From the NCBI GenBank assembly GCA_021778015.1, contig JAJYCX010000003.1, positions 35,820 to 99,819 of the forward strand: a stretch of 64,000 nucleotides of DNA, read 5' to 3'. Within the stretch, counting starts at the first letter, position 1. Each line of letters starts with the position of its first letter. The position numbers were made by a program, and so were the translations under genes. Positions 62,489 through 64,000 of the stretch are shown here, piece after piece. The notes beneath the pieces are model-generated. The model was not told the DNA's origin. It saw nothing but the letters and a program-made list of their open reading frames with translations, and did not search any database. Origin of the DNA: Pseudomonadota bacterium. GTDB taxonomy: Bacteria > Pseudomonadota > Gammaproteobacteria > UBA1113.

Positions 62489-64000
62489 ATGTCTGAGCTA
62501 AAATCCGTTACGAACGACGAACATACTTTTGCGCCAGCCGCCGACTTCGTAAAACAAGCCAATTTGAATGCAGAACAGTTGCATGCCTTAAGACTCAAAG
62601 CTGAAACGAACTATACTGGCTTTTGGGGCGACCTTGCGGTAGAGCATATAGACTGGCATAAACCTTTTACGCAAATACTCAATGAAACGAATGAGCCATT
62701 TTATAAATGGTTTGAAGACGGCAAGCTTAATGTTTCTTATAACTGCCTAGATAGGCAGGTTAGTAAACATCCACATAAAACCGCTATTATTTTTGAATCC
62801 GATTCTGGCTTTGTGAAAACAGTAAGTTATAAAGAATTACTAGAGCAAGTCTGTAGGTTTGCCAATGGTTTAAAAAAATTGGGTGTCAAAAAAGGAGAAC
62901 GAGCCGTCATCTATATGCCACACAGCATAGAAGCCATCATTGCTATGCAAGCCTGTGCTAGGATTGGCGCCATTCATTCCGTAGTGTTTGCAGGTTTTTC
63001 CGCCAAGGCTCTGGCCGACAGAATTGCGGATACTGAGGCATGTTATTTAATTACTGCCGATAGCAATAATAGAGGGGGAAAGAATCTGCCCTTGAAAAAT
63101 GTAGTGGATGAAGCCTTGCATATTTTGGATTCTAAAAGTCCCGTAAAAAATGTCATCTTACACCAGCGCAACGATGAACCGTGTCATTTTAAAGAAGGTC
63201 GCGATGTCTGGTGGCATGACTTAATCGATAATCAGCCCGATAGCTGTGAACCAGAAATGGTAGACAGCGAGCACCCACTTTTTATTCTATATACATCCGG
63301 TAGCACCGGGGCACCCAAAGGAATACAGCACGCGAGTGCAGGATATTTATTAGGAACGATTGTCACCATGCAGTGGGTATTTGATATCAAACCCAACGAT
63401 GTTTTTTGGTGCACGGCCGATGTGGGTTGGATTACGGGACATAGTTATGTTTGTTATGGACCGTTGGCAGTAGGCGCTACACAAATTATCTATGAAGGCA
63501 CGCCCACTTATCCAGATGCAGGTCGTTTTTGGAAAATGATTGAACGACATAAAGTCAGTATCTTTTATACTGCACCTACGGCATTGCGCACGTTAATTAA
63601 AATAGATGCACACTTACCTGAGCAATTTGATCTATCTTCATTACGTTTATTGGGATCAGTAGGGGAGCCCATTAACCCCGAGGCGTGGCGCTGGTATTAT
63701 GAAGTCGTCGGTAAAAAACGTTGTCCCATTGTAGATACCTGGTGGCAAACCGAAACGGGCTCTGTGATGTTAAGTCCAATCCCAGGCGTTACTGCTATGA
63801 AACCAGGATCGTGTAGTGCCCCTATACCGGGAATTATGGCAAATATTTTTGACGAATCGGGTAATTCCGTTGCACGCAATGATAGCGGTACTTTAGTCAT
63901 TAAGCGTCCTTTTCCTTCACAAATGCAAACGGTGTGGAATAATCCACAGCGCTATCTTAAAACCTATTTTTCTGAAGACATAAATGGTAGTCCATATTAT
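62489..64000 (+). CDS. acs: Acetyl-CoA synthetase (runs off window edge)
   Basis: Not in the ORF track. Hand translation gives [59 protein letters not shown]. Confidence 0.96.
   Translation, partial: MSELKSVTNDEHTFAPAADFVKQANLNAEQLHALRLKAETNYTGFWGDLAVEHIDWHKPFTQILNETNEPFYKWFEDGKLNVSYNCLDRQVSKHPHKTAIIFESDSGFVKTVSYKELLEQVCRFANGLKKLGVKKGERAVIYMPHSIEAIIAMQACARIGAIHSVVFAGFSAKALADRIADTEACYLITADSNNRGGKNLPLKNVVDEALHILDSKSPVKNVILHQRNDEPCHFKEGRDVWWHDLIDNQPDSCEPEMVDSEHPLFILYTSGSTGAPKGIQHASAGYLLGTIVTMQWVFDIKPNDVFWCTADVGWITGHSYVCYGPLAVGATQIIYEGTPTYPDAGRFWKMIERHKVSIFYTAPTALRTLIKIDAHLPEQFDLSSLRLLGSVGEPINPEAWRWYYEVVGKKRCPIVDTWWQTETGSVMLSPIPGVTAMKPGSCSAPIPGIMANIFDESGNSVARNDSGTLVIKRPFPSQMQTVWNNPQRYLKTYFSEDINGSPYY

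Overview
AT-rich gammaproteobacterial chromosome segment, most consistent with a Legionellales-like host-associated bacterium (inferred from LqsS/LqsR-like genes, Legionella-MOMP/Lpg1974-like porins and eukaryotic-like proteins; not confirmed by any search). The backbone is housekeeping: maeA (partial), dapA-bamC-purC, tRNA-Ser(CGA), pncB-rnhB-dnaE, tolQRAB-pal-cpoB-queE-mutH, degQ-like, ppiD, recA-recX-alaS, infA, trxB, glnD, aspS-yebC-ruvCAB, lnt, ygfZ-sdhE-ygfX, acs (partial). Six solitary effector-like genes are scattered through it: two Sel1-repeat proteins (one broken by a single TAG), an ankyrin protein with an NLS-like N-terminus, a U-box fused to a degenerate Rab-like domain, a GNAT-like protein ending in a CaaX box, and a repeat protein ending in CCCAVM. 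There is also an LqsS/LqsR-like pair with no adjacent lqsA, facing a divergent PAS hybrid kinase; a tandem porin duplication; two small DUF1328-like genes missed by the ORF track; and several families of short palindromic non-autonomous repeats. No CRISPR array, rRNA, transposase or prophage was seen. All calls come from reading sequence and motifs by eye; no searches were run.
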